NCBI GenBank assembly: GCA_030141605.1
Contig: JAQGDQ010000270.1
Location: forward strand, 124,001 to 188,000
From: Tubiluchus corallicola
Lineage: Eukaryota > Animalia > Priapulida
Length of the DNA: 64,000 nucleotides
Direction of reading: 5' to 3'
Shown here: positions 1 through 9,546 of the stretch, piece after piece
Numbering within the stretch: position 1 is the stretch's first letter
Layout: every line of letters begins with the position of its first letter
Made by a program: the position numbers and the translations under genes
The notes under the pieces: model-generated
The model's database searches: none
What the model was told of the DNA's origin: nothing
The model's input: only the letters and a program-made list of their open reading frames with translations

Positions 1-537
1 TCCAGTTTATTTTCCTATCTAAGCATTCGCTATGAATGGCTAAGCCGTCTGAAACTTTCGTAAGGGCCTGTAACGTCTTGGCAACATTAGTAACATTGTT
101 AGAACATTTAACATAAATCTTTCTTTCTTATTAATCTGTTTATTCACAAAGACTGCTGCCATAATAAGTCTAGATGATGTAACGCCTCGTGGCTTGCACG
201 CTAAAAACAGTGAGGGGAAACCTTAGTGAGCACAAAACATTAAAATATAAACCATAGATAAGAACACGTCACAGGGCCACTGTTTTTTGTTCCATTGGTC
301 ATGCAGCAAAGTTCTATGCATATGATGCACATCACTTTTGGTCATTTCACGCTGAATACATATAAAAAATATAACAATCTAATAATAACTGGAATAACTT
401 CCCAAAATAATATCATTAATTAGTTAGATTATGACAGTGACTGCCAGAGTGTTTATTAACTATTGTAGTTTGTTTTTGACAATTATTACCCATTGTGGGT
501 AATGAGTTGGAGAAAGAAAGCAGACACTGAAAAATTG

Positions 538-609
538 TGGACTAGTCAGAATTTGAACACGAGACCTGGTATTAGTACTTCTATACTCTGTCAACTGAGC
601 TACTAGTTC
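538..609 (-). mobile_element. tRNA-derived SINE head or degenerate tRNA pseudogene (eukaryotic)
   Basis: Minus strand reads GAACTAG TA GCTC AGTTGACA GAGT A TAGAA GTACTAA TACCA GGTC TCGTG TTCAAAT TCTGA CTAGTCC A (72 nt). It has A-box- and B-box-like motifs and acceptor and D stems; the anticodon and T stems are mismatched. Confidence 0.65.
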
Positions 610-832
610 AACGTGACAGAGCAGGTCTGAGATTTCCTCCTTGTAGCACACAATTGCCCAAATATGTGATACATTTCTTAAAACAACAAACAGCTTTCAA
701 AAAATTAAACGGCTTTGTTTAGAAAATTCTGATTTGTAAAACAATTACAATCCTATTGATAGATATCTACTGGACAGTATGACTTGTGTTAATCATCAAA
801 CCATATTAGTACAACATTTTAAGAATTATAAA

Positions 833-936
<104 letters not shown>

Positions 937-1515
937 CGACTGACTGCTGTTGCATTGTTTAGAATAATAATACTAACATAATCAGATCTCAGATTTCTAT
1001 GTTAAGCTCATGAAAGAAAGTAATTTTCCCTGTTCCAAAAATTCTGTATTGACATCCACAAGCGAAAGCAAAGCAGCATGGCAACAGCTATTGGGCTTAT
1101 GTTCTGACATGCTCTCTATTCATTGAGCCTTGTACAAATATCAACGGTGCTCGTAGACAAACTGTCTTTATTTATATAGTTAATTGATAGCTGACCTAGC
1201 ATTATAGCAACCATGGCTACTGATATTGAAAGTGAAAATTACCATGTAGTATTTTTCACGATATGCTGCAAGTAATATAAAAGAATAGATACCGTCTAAC
1301 CACTAAAGTTTTGCATGTATATAAAACGATTAAAGTGTTTGAAGTGCTTTGCCATGTACATAGCTGTTATTTCTCATTCTAGGCCACATTTATGTAACCT
1401 GATCTGATTATGTAAAAACCACTTTGTCAGCCTCTTATACACTCATTTTATTTATAGGTTGTTATTTACGTTTACATGCTAATCTGCAATGTAATGTGAC
1501 CTTTGTATCCATAGG

Positions 1516-1608
1516 ACTTAGGTTCAAACCCAGGCTTAACCTGAGATTTTTCTTAGTTTCACTTAAATTCAGTTTCAGTAATTGAGGGCTTGTTGCATCA
1601 ATATTTTG
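1516..1608 (+). mobile_element. possible 5'-truncated SINE fragment
   Basis: B-box-like GGTTCAAACCC at 1521-1531, then a short body running into a (CTTTA)n tail. Confidence 0.3.
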
Positions 1609-2010
1609 CTTTACTTTACTTTACTTTACTTTACTTTACTTTACTTTACTTTACTTTACTTTACTTTACTTTACTTTACTTTACTTTACTTTACTTTACT
1701 TTACTTTACTTTACTTTACTTCATTTCCCTTTACTTTACTTTCTTTACTTTACTTTACTCTACTCTACTCTACTGTACTCTACTCTACTCTACTCTACTC
1801 TACTCTACTCTACTCTACTCTACTTTACTTTACTTCATTTCCCTTTGCTTCATTTCGCTTTTATTTTATTTTATTTTATTTTATTTTATTTTATTTTATT
1901 TTATTTTATTTTATTTTATTTTATTTTATTTTATTTTATTTTATTTTATTTTATTTTATTTTATTTTATTTTATTTTATTTTATTTTATTTTATTTTATT
2001 TTACTTTACT
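1609..2010. repeat. compound pentanucleotide microsatellite (CTTTA)n-(CTCTA)n-(TTTTA)n
   Basis: Seen directly; it is the source of the spurious ORFs 1582..2121 and 1590..2018. Confidence 0.98.
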
Positions 2011-2042
2011 TGTGTTAATTGTTTTACATGGATCTGTTATAG

Positions 2043-2117
2043 GAATACAAAATTCAGAAAATATTACTGTATTATGATGAAGCAAATCAATGGCCATCAG
2101 CCTACAAACCTGATAAG
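2043..2117 (+). CDS. TMEM145: TMEM145-like protein, internal exon A (EYKIQKILLYYDEANQWPSAYKPDK)
   Basis: tgttatAG acceptor and GTaaga donor, phase 0/0. The peptide matches the recalled TMEM145 motif QNILLYFDDPSQWPAVYK. Confidence 0.88.
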
Positions 2118-2566
2118 GTAAGAATGCGTTTTCTAAAGTCTTTTCAAATGAATTTGTAAATTTGTTTTAATGGCTGTAATATTATTATTTAACTATTACT
2201 AACTTTGCCGAAACCCGACCACGTTGCTGCAACAATTTTTGATTCCGTCATCCAGTCAAAAAAGATATAACGTAATATTTTGAACCACTAAATTCTTTTG
2301 GATATGAAAGGCATGTGCAAAACATTGCGTCACAAAGTGTTTTTCAGCGCCAAATTCATCTCCATTTTTTACAGGAATACGTATTTAATATATTGTTATG
2401 CTTTAATGCATGAGCTTGCATTGTAACACAATGTATATCACGAGTTATTCTATTCTAAAATTTAGCAAAAAAAAAACAATATTCTGATTTCCACAGTTTG
2501 TCTCTGACGTATCCCTACTACTGCATTATAGATACAATTAAGATGAAAGTGAGTTTGTGTTTACAG

Positions 2567-2666
2567 GCGTGTGAAATGAAAGAATCGTTATTGAAACAAG
2601 AAAATGGACAGTTCATCAATCTGACATCAAGTTATTCTTACGCTGGTTGTAGCGAGCTAGCCGAAG
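2567..2666 (+). CDS. TMEM145: TMEM145-like protein, internal exon B (ACEMKESLLKQENGQFINLTSSYSYAGCSELAE)
   Basis: tttacAG acceptor and GTaaac donor, phase 0/1. Matches recalled CxxKESVIRPENNQVINLTxxYxxSGC. Confidence 0.88.
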
Positions 2667-2685
2667 GTAAACATTGACGTATTAA

Positions 2686-3240
2686 CCCTTTCACTACAGA
2701 AGCCAGTATACTGCCACCTGAGCTCAGCACTAAGTACAGTCACTCGGGTAAAGTTTTATTTCACTGCTGTGGCCATGCAGAAACATTGTAGAAAAGTTTA
2801 ACAGCCGTGGGATTGGGGTTGCTTCACAGTAATGCTGTAAACTATCCACTCAACATCTGAAGCCAGGTACATTCCACAATACTGTACTGTATGGTACGTT
2901 CTCATGTAAAATCACATCTTGATGGTTGGTGAAACGTATGTTTAGTCGTTTGTTCTGTATTTCTTATGAAATTATTACATACTATGCATTGGCATTATGA
3001 ACTTTGTGAAAACTGGTTTCTATTTATAAATACGTGCTTATTTATGTGAGAGTGCACATGCGTGCGTGCTTCGTGACTGCATGCATGTGTGCGCATATAT
3101 GTGTGTGCACGTGTACAAATGAAAGCAATATTCATTATTAGTGTTTAATAAAAAATGGCTGTTTTAGTAATGTGCCACAGATAGTCAAATGTGCAAAAGC
3201 CAATGCAGTCCAGTTAAAAAGTAACTACGTAGTGAAAGGG
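2686..3240. mobile_element. non-autonomous piggyBac-type MITE
   Basis: 12-bp TIRs CCCTTTCACTAC (2686-2697) and GTAGTGAAAGGG (3229-3240), each flanked by TTAA (2682-2685, 3241-3244). No internal ORF. Confidence 0.85.
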
Positions 3241-3611
3241 TTAATATTATTTTACAAATATCTTGCTTGTAATGATATACATCATTTGTGCTATTTATAT
3301 TATATCATACATTTATATAATTATTGTACAAAATATTATACGGTATGATGAGCTTGCCAATAATAAGTACTATTTGAAAGTATAAGATTACCTTAATAAT
3401 ATTGTGGCTGTAGTGAGCTTATTGAAGGCAAGCTTTGTAGTGTCTGTTCATTAATTTTCTGAAGATACTCGCTCTTTATCAGCCTAACATCAGACTACCA
3501 ATGTTTTGAATATTTTGTTAAAGGGAAAGAACATGACACAGGCTGATAACCAAACACATACAGTATCATTCGAAAGAAAAATTAAAAATAATGGTTTTGC
3601 TTGCTTATGTA

Positions 3612-3631
3612 TTTACTTCCTTACTTACTTC

Positions 3632-3668
<37 letters not shown>

Positions 3669-3669
3669 C

Positions 3670-3758
<89 letters not shown>

Positions 3759-3960
3759 GCTTTCTTTGCTTTCTTGCTTGCTTGTTATGCATTACTTACT
3801 TACTTACTTGCTTGTTACGTATTTACTTACTTTGCTTACTTGCTTCCTTGCTTGCTTGTTACGCATTACTTACTTACTTTGCTTACTTGCTTCCTTGCTT
3901 GCTTGTTACGCATTTCTTACTTACTTACTTACTGACTTGCTTACTTACTATCTTACTTAT
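3612..3960. repeat. (TTAC)n microsatellite grading into a (TTAC/TTGC) higher-order repeat
   Basis: Seen directly; it is the source of the spurious LTYL-rich ORFs. Confidence 0.95.
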
Positions 3961-4426
3961 TTTTAAGTTTTTAAGCACATTTATAGCTTTAACATTTGAT
4001 AAAGGAGTGATGTTTTTCATGATCTGTTTCTTAATTATTGTAATCTCGTTTGTAATTAAACCGATGCATTAATTTACACAGATCTTATTTTTTGTTGTGT
4101 TGGTAGCTGTGCAAGCATGTGCCAAGCCATTTTTATCAATATTCTATGGAGAGCAACTGGCCGCCAAATGCGTTATATTTATTATTAATAAATCAATTAA
4201 CATGATGTGTTTATCTTTGTCGTACTATGCTAAATTATGCATCAAATATATATCATGCTAGTGACAAATCAGTAAATATCACGAATTCGCCGAATAACCC
4301 AGAAACCGTTTTATTGACAGAATACTAAACTAATGGAAATATATTTTTAAAAAAATTATTACTAGGTATGAAATTCGCAAAGTATCTACGTACTTGGTTA
4401 TAAACTTTGTACGTTGTCACTGTAAC

Positions 4427-4936
4427 CAGACCTGCCAACCATTTGACATAAAAATGAGTGTGAAACGTGGAAAGCCCGGAGGTCATTTAGCGGGTCCAAC
4501 GGAGCAAATTATGCCCATGCCCAAAAGGTTTTGCTTTCTGGGAATCAATATCAAATTACTGGGAATCAATATCAAATTACCAAAAAATTACGACAGCAAA
4601 AAATTAAACTGATTTTTGGGTACTACTGAGCTTTCTTATGCTGTTATTGCAGTTCATTGTGCTTTATATATAATAAATGTTCTCTCATGAAAGAAGCTCA
4701 ATAACATCCTAAAGTGCTTAATTTTCAATACATGTAATAGCCTTTATTGTGAGACTCATGAACACTACTGTATTATTGAGAATAGTACTACTAATTGTGT
4801 TGTGGTTGGTACTGACGGCAAAAGAAGCCAGGTAATTTGCAAACTTGCAAGTCTTGTTAAAACTGAAATCTGATGCGTGTGCACATGTAAAAAGTGCATG
4901 CGACACATGCCTAAAGCATGAGAGTTCACAGGTTTG
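4427..4936. mobile_element. possible degenerate hAT-like MITE
   Basis: Left end CAGACCTGCCAAC and imperfect right end GTTCACAGGTTTG; no TSD recovered. Contains a 21-bp tandem duplication at 4538-4579. Confidence 0.3.
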
Positions 4937-5772
4937 AAACCCTTAATATCTTGCCGATATTGTCGGCAGGAATAAACCAGTCTTCTTTTTCTGCAGACAA
5001 GTTTTGCTCTATTCAGTTCTAGTCAGTTCAGTTTTATTCACTTTTATTGTGTTAGTCTCTTAGCAGAGTTTTTACCAGTGTACAAACTGCACAGAGATAT
5101 TAGATTTTGGGATTATTTTTAATGCTAATGTACAGATTTAACATTAGCTTTGCTCAAAACTTTGCTACTTTTAATTTTTACTACAGTAATGAATAGTACT
5201 TAAGAGTTATTCATTAGGTTTATGAATTAGTTAAAACAGATCATTTTGATTTAAACACGTGACTTACGAAAAGTAATACAAAAAATTTGTTTATACTATG
5301 AGTTTTGTCTTTGTTCAGGAACATTTGTGCACCTTTACCTTTTTAAAACCAATTTTTATTTGATACGCAAAATAATATTCTGCGTAATTTAGTGTAACAA
5401 TTGAACTTTTTGTCTACAATTTGATACAGTGTGTCTAGGAAATACCTGTTTCTAATCAGAGCCTTATAACCTGTATATTTCTTAAGCCTGTTTTCCTACC
5501 ATAAAAAGATAAACGGATCAATTATGCTTTCTTGCTTTTTATCTCCATACTTTCTGCCTATATTTATTGATTTGCTAACTTGATGAAACACTTGAAAGGC
5601 ATGTAGTAAACTGGCTAAAACATCAGTTAGTGTATTATGTGTTAAAATCCTTATAGTTTGTAATAGGCCCAGTAATAAAAGCTATAAAATAATCTTGTAT
5701 TTTGTCCAGCAAGATATGTAACTGATATTGAAATTTTACTCATTCTGGTAAAGACGGGATATTTACTTTCAG

Positions 5773-5870
5773 ATGGTAAACTGTGGATAAAATGTTCCGG
5801 TGGTCGCAGCTTTCGGTCCGCACGGGAACGGTGGTGGTTTATTGCCGTGTCAAATTGCAATTCAACGAAA
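5773..5870 (+). CDS. TMEM145: TMEM145-like protein, internal exon C (DGKLWIKCSGGRSFRSARERWWFIAVSNCNSTK)
   Basis: tactttcAG acceptor and GTgagt donor, phase 1/0, compatible with exon B. Has the hallmark CxxGRSFRSxRERWWxIAxSxC. Confidence 0.92.
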
Positions 5871-6024
5871 GTGAGTTTTCTGTATTTGTTTAATTGCTTA
5901 TCGTAAACTGCTTATGTTAATAATCTTAGTATGTAGAACCAAAAACTGATAAGTGTATAATTTATCTGTAATAGCTGTTTCAATGATAGCGTATTACACA
6001 GATATAAGTGTTTATTTATTCTAG

Positions 6025-6109
6025 GGTCTATATTTAGACTACAAAATTCTGATGACAAATGGTCACCGATCTAACAGGTGGACGTACCATTTCTCAGCCG
6101 ATGAGTTTA
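6025..6109 (+). CDS. TMEM145: TMEM145-like protein, internal exon D (GLYLDYKILMTNGHRSNRWTYHFSADEF)
   Basis: ttattctAG acceptor and GTaagt donor; only frame 0 is open. Has the hallmark MTNG...W..HFSADEF that precedes the 7TM domain. Confidence 0.92.
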
Positions 6110-6115
6110 GTAAGT

Positions 6116-6297
6116 AAAAATTTGTGATAGATGTTCATGAATCCAACCCTGTCTTAGAACTGTTTGCTAGACTTTATTACCTTTTTCAATCAAACAATTG
6201 TCATGTATATTTTCATGTGTACATGTATTAATATTTTATTTTACCTTAGTAAGATTTTGCTATTTTAGCCTTTTGCAAAAACAAATATAATGTTTCC
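6116..6297. other. eukaryote-to-bacterium junction zone
   Basis: Last splice donor at 6110-6115 and first bacterial CDS at 6298, with no N-gap. The breakpoint is probably near 6230-6260 but cannot be placed exactly. Confidence 0.85.
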
Positions 6298-7659
6298 GTG
6301 AGAATACACTTTATTGCTATTGGAGGAGCTGCCATGCACAATCTGGCAATAGCTCTTCATAAAAAGGGCTATGCGGTAACCGGCTCTGATGATGAGATAC
6401 AGGAACCGTCAAGGAGTCGACTCAAGAAGTATGGACTTCTTCCCGAAAATAACGGCTGGGATCCGGATAGGATAGATGGCGGTCTTGATGCGGTGATACT
6501 TGGGATGCATGCCAGAGAGGATAATCCCGAATTGCAAAAGGCGCAAAGCGTAGGTGTAAAAATATATTCATATCCCGAGTTTCTTTACCACAAAACTAAG
6601 GACAAAGCCCGTATTGTTATAGGTGGAAGTCATGGAAAAACAACGATCACATCGATGGTTATGCATGTGCTGGCCCATCTTGAGCTTGAGTTTGATTATA
6701 TGGTTGGAGCCCGGATAGAGGGGTTTGATGTGATGGTAAGGTTAAGTGACTCGGCACAGATAGCAATTTTTGAGGGAGATGAATACCTCTCTTCGCCTAT
6801 CGACAAGAGGCCTAAGTTTCATTGGTATAAGCCTCAGATTGCTCTGTTAACTGGAATTGCCTGGGATCATGTTAATGTTTTCCCCACATTTGAAAACTAT
6901 ATTTCTCAGTTCCGGCAATTTGTGGGTATGATGCCGGACAATGCTATTTTAGTCTATTATGGCGATGATAGCAGATTGATTGAGATTGCAGGAGAGAATA
7001 TGGGCAGGTTAAAAACTGTAAGGTACTTTGAGCATCCTGCCGTTATTAAGGATAATAAGACATATTTAGACAACAGTGGGGAGTTGGTTGGCATAGAGGT
7101 GTTTGGAGGGCATAATCTGCAAAATATTGGAGGAGCAAAGCTTATATGTAATGAACTTGGCATAGGCGATAGCGATTTTTATAATGCCATTAAAGATTTT
7201 AGAGGTGCCGCTTGCAGGCTTGAGGTATTGTCTAAGACAAAAGATAGTATAGTGTTTCGCGATTTTGCTCACTCCCCGTCAAAGCTTGAGGCGACTGTTG
7301 AGGCTGTAAAAAGCCAGTACCCAGAGCGTAAGCTTGTGGCATGTATGGAGCTACACACTTTTAGTAGTCTTAAAGTGGAGTTCCTTCCTCAGTATAGCGG
7401 TTCTATGCGGCTTGCTGACCGGGCAATTGTGTATTATAATCCGGAAACGATAAGCCACAAGCGTCTTGAGCAGATATCTTCGGAACAGGTTAAAGCTGCA
7501 TTTGCCAAAAAGAATATTGAAGTATTTACCGATTCAGGATTGCTTTTTGATGTGCTATCTAAGGTGGATTGGAGCGGGCAAAACCTGCTTTTTATGAGTT
7601 CTGGTAGTTTTTCAGGAAAAGATATTGGCAAGTTTGCATGTAAGCTACACGCAGGCTAA
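6298..7659 (+). CDS. mpl: Mur ligase family, murein peptide ligase Mpl-like
   Basis: HFIAIGGAAMHNLA N-terminus, GSHGKTT P-loop, EGDEY and DFAHSP motifs. Confidence 0.85.
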   Translation: MRIHFIAIGGAAMHNLAIALHKKGYAVTGSDDEIQEPSRSRLKKYGLLPENNGWDPDRIDGGLDAVILGMHAREDNPELQKAQSVGVKIYSYPEFLYHKTKDKARIVIGGSHGKTTITSMVMHVLAHLELEFDYMVGARIEGFDVMVRLSDSAQIAIFEGDEYLSSPIDKRPKFHWYKPQIALLTGIAWDHVNVFPTFENYISQFRQFVGMMPDNAILVYYGDDSRLIEIAGENMGRLKTVRYFEHPAVIKDNKTYLDNSGELVGIEVFGGHNLQNIGGAKLICNELGIGDSDFYNAIKDFRGAACRLEVLSKTKDSIVFRDFAHSPSKLEATVEAVKSQYPERKLVACMELHTFSSLKVEFLPQYSGSMRLADRAIVYYNPETISHKRLEQISSEQVKAAFAKKNIEVFTDSGLLFDVLSKVDWSGQNLLFMSSGSFSGKDIGKFACKLHAG

Positions 7660-7765
7660 AATGTCCAGGCTGGTTAAATACCTTTTTTATAGATATATCT
7701 AAGTTATTAAGTTTGATGCTGGAATAGAAAAGTTATTCTCTAAAAGCTGGTTTTTTGAGCAAAGT

Positions 7766-8510
7766 TTGTATGCTGGAGATTTTTATCACCCATATTGGAC
7801 TAACATTGACTTCTATAGTGACTGGTATTCACATAACAATAAAACATCACTTTCAGGCATACATCATGACTTAATGTCATTAAAGGAGTTACCCATTGAT
7901 AATAATATTGCGGAGATTATTTATTCATCCCATACAGTTGAGCATATTACGGATGAAGCTGCTCAAAAAATGTTTGATGAAGCTTATAGAATTTTAAAAA
8001 AGGGAGGGATTTTGAGAGCTACTACTCCAAACATTGACTTAGGCTATAACGCATTAAAAAATAATGATAAGGGTTTATTTCCCCAGGATTGATCACTACA
8101 GTAAGAAGAAAGCGATGAAAGAGATTAATATTATCAAGCCAATGAAAGATACTTCTATAGAACAAATTTTTCTATATCATTTTGCAGGGAGTGTATCTGA
8201 ATTACATGGAGATGGTGCGGAGGTAAGAGTATCTGACGAGGAATTAAAAAAAGTTTTTTCAGAAAAATCATATGAAGAAGCTCTGAATTACTGCTTATCT
8301 AAGTGTGACTTGGAGGTTCAGGCCAGATATGCGGGAAATCATATAAACTGGTGGAATCCAGATAAGATGACAAGGATGTTCAAAGAAGCTGTATTTACAA
8401 ACATATTCCGGTCAGGTTATGGTCAAAGCCTCTCGCCTGTAATGAGAGATGTTACACTCTTTGACAATACACATCCAAGAATATCCTTATATATGGAGGC
8501 AATTAAATAA
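7766..8510 (+). pseudogene. class I SAM-dependent methyltransferase, frameshifted and 5'-eroded
   Basis: AGDF...YSSHTVEH...EAYRILKKGG...TTPN motifs; split into two overlapping frames near 8075-8090. Confidence 0.7.
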
Positions 8511-8685
8511 AACTACCGTAGCCACATTTTGTATGGGTGATGGGGGGTAAAGCACTAGATTTAAATAGGTAAGACGCGCTCGGGCTGTATTGTGATTTGA
8601 TAGGAAGGTACTACGCGATTTGCCACTACTCATACAAACTTACCGGCATTATCTTTTTTAGTGTGAAGCTTTGCCACTCTCTGGT

Positions 8686-9132
8686 TTCATGTTTTTGGCA
8701 GCCTTGTATTTTCAAAGTGTAGCTTACAGCCAGGCGTGTCATTTTATACGATATACGTTGTGTGTGCTCTCTTTTTGAGTAGTCTGCATGGTAGTACATT
8801 TTGATGTTTTTACAGTGCTCGTTCAGTTTTCTTTGATATGAACTGAGGTTTTTCTCCTTACAAAAGGCTTTACTTTTTCATTTATCAAAGTTTGTTTTTT
8901 GAGCAGGATTTGTATATTTGTTTTATAACTGTTATTAAGATCTGAGAAACAAAAAACTAACTTTATGGCTTACAAGATTATAGAAGATTGCACTGCTTGT
9001 GGAACATGTATTGATGAGTGCCCCGTAGAAGCGATAAGCGAGGGTGATGTATATGTGATTGATCCTGAGGTGTGTGTTGATTCTGCTTCCTGTGTTGATG
9101 TCTGCCCTGTAGAGGCAATTGTGTCTGCGTAG
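8686..9132 (+). repeat. direct repeat copy 1 (non-coding leader plus ferredoxin)
   Basis: Aligns by eye with 11217-11657; the upstream ~230 bp is close to identical. Confidence 0.9.
8965..9132 (+). CDS. clostridial-type ferredoxin, 55 aa, with a variant second cluster motif CVDSASC
   Basis: Hand translation MAYKIIEDCTACGTCIDECPVEAISEGDVYVIDPEVCVDSASCVDVCPVEAIVSA; not in the ORF track. Confidence 0.9.
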   Translation: MAYKIIEDCTACGTCIDECPVEAISEGDVYVIDPEVCVDSASCVDVCPVEAIVSA

Positions 9133-9153
9133 CTCATGGTAATATAACACACT

Positions 9154-9246
9154 GAAGCTGGATTTATAAGTGTATTCTGGTCAAAGTTTCTCGCCTGTAA
9201 TGGGAGATGTTATACTCTTTGACAACACATATCCAAGAGTATCCTT
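9154..9246 (+). repeat. diverged partial duplicate of the methyltransferase 3' end (~8385-8488)
   Basis: Shares ggtcaaag..tctcgcctgtaatg.gagatgtta.actctttgacaa.aca.atccaaga.tatcctt. Confidence 0.85.
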
Positions 9247-9254
9247 CTGGGTGT

Positions 9255-9320
9255 GTATCACAAGCATGCGAAATAATGGGTTATTCCAGCGGTAGTTTCT
9301 ATCGCTTTAAGGAACTTTAT
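9255..9320 (+). pseudogene. IS481-family transposase N-terminal HTH fragment
   Basis: Translates as VSQACEIMGYSSGSFYRFKELY, resembling the recalled IS481-type motif VSQACKIMGYSRDSFYRFKELY. Confidence 0.65.
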
Positions 9321-9546
9321 GGACGAGGTGGTGAAAGCTACACTTCGATACAGTCGAGATTGCTAAGGGTAAGCTAATCGAATACAGAGGAGATTTTTTT
9401 CTTTGAGACCACATCCCAAAATCATGAAGGTGGGTTTAGGTGAAAAATTGCGTGAAGGCAATATTGTAGAGAAATTTAGTAATCCGGAAAATGGAGTGCT
9501 CTAACTAACAGTTCAATTTGTCAGGTCAGGTCCTGTCTAGCACACA

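Noticed and set aside
538-609. Functional tRNA gene
   Set aside because: The anticodon and T stems each carry several mismatches.
1582-2121. LLYFT/FILFY-repeat ORFs (179 and 142 aa)
   Set aside because: They are translations of stop-free pentanucleotide microsatellites. The real coding exon (2043-2117) is in a different frame from the 179-aa ORF.
3506-4072. LTYL-repeat ORFs in three frames
   Set aside because: Artefacts of the (TTAC)n array.
5651-5860. Minus-strand 69-aa ORF
   Set aside because: Antisense shadow of TMEM145 exon C.
8626-8799. 57-aa minus-strand ORF (MYYHADYSKR...) in the duplicated leader
   Set aside because: The second copy has TAG at codon 11, so the frame is not conserved.
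8935-9152. Minus-strand ORFs here and at 11475-11732
   Set aside because: Antisense shadows of the two + strand ferredoxins.
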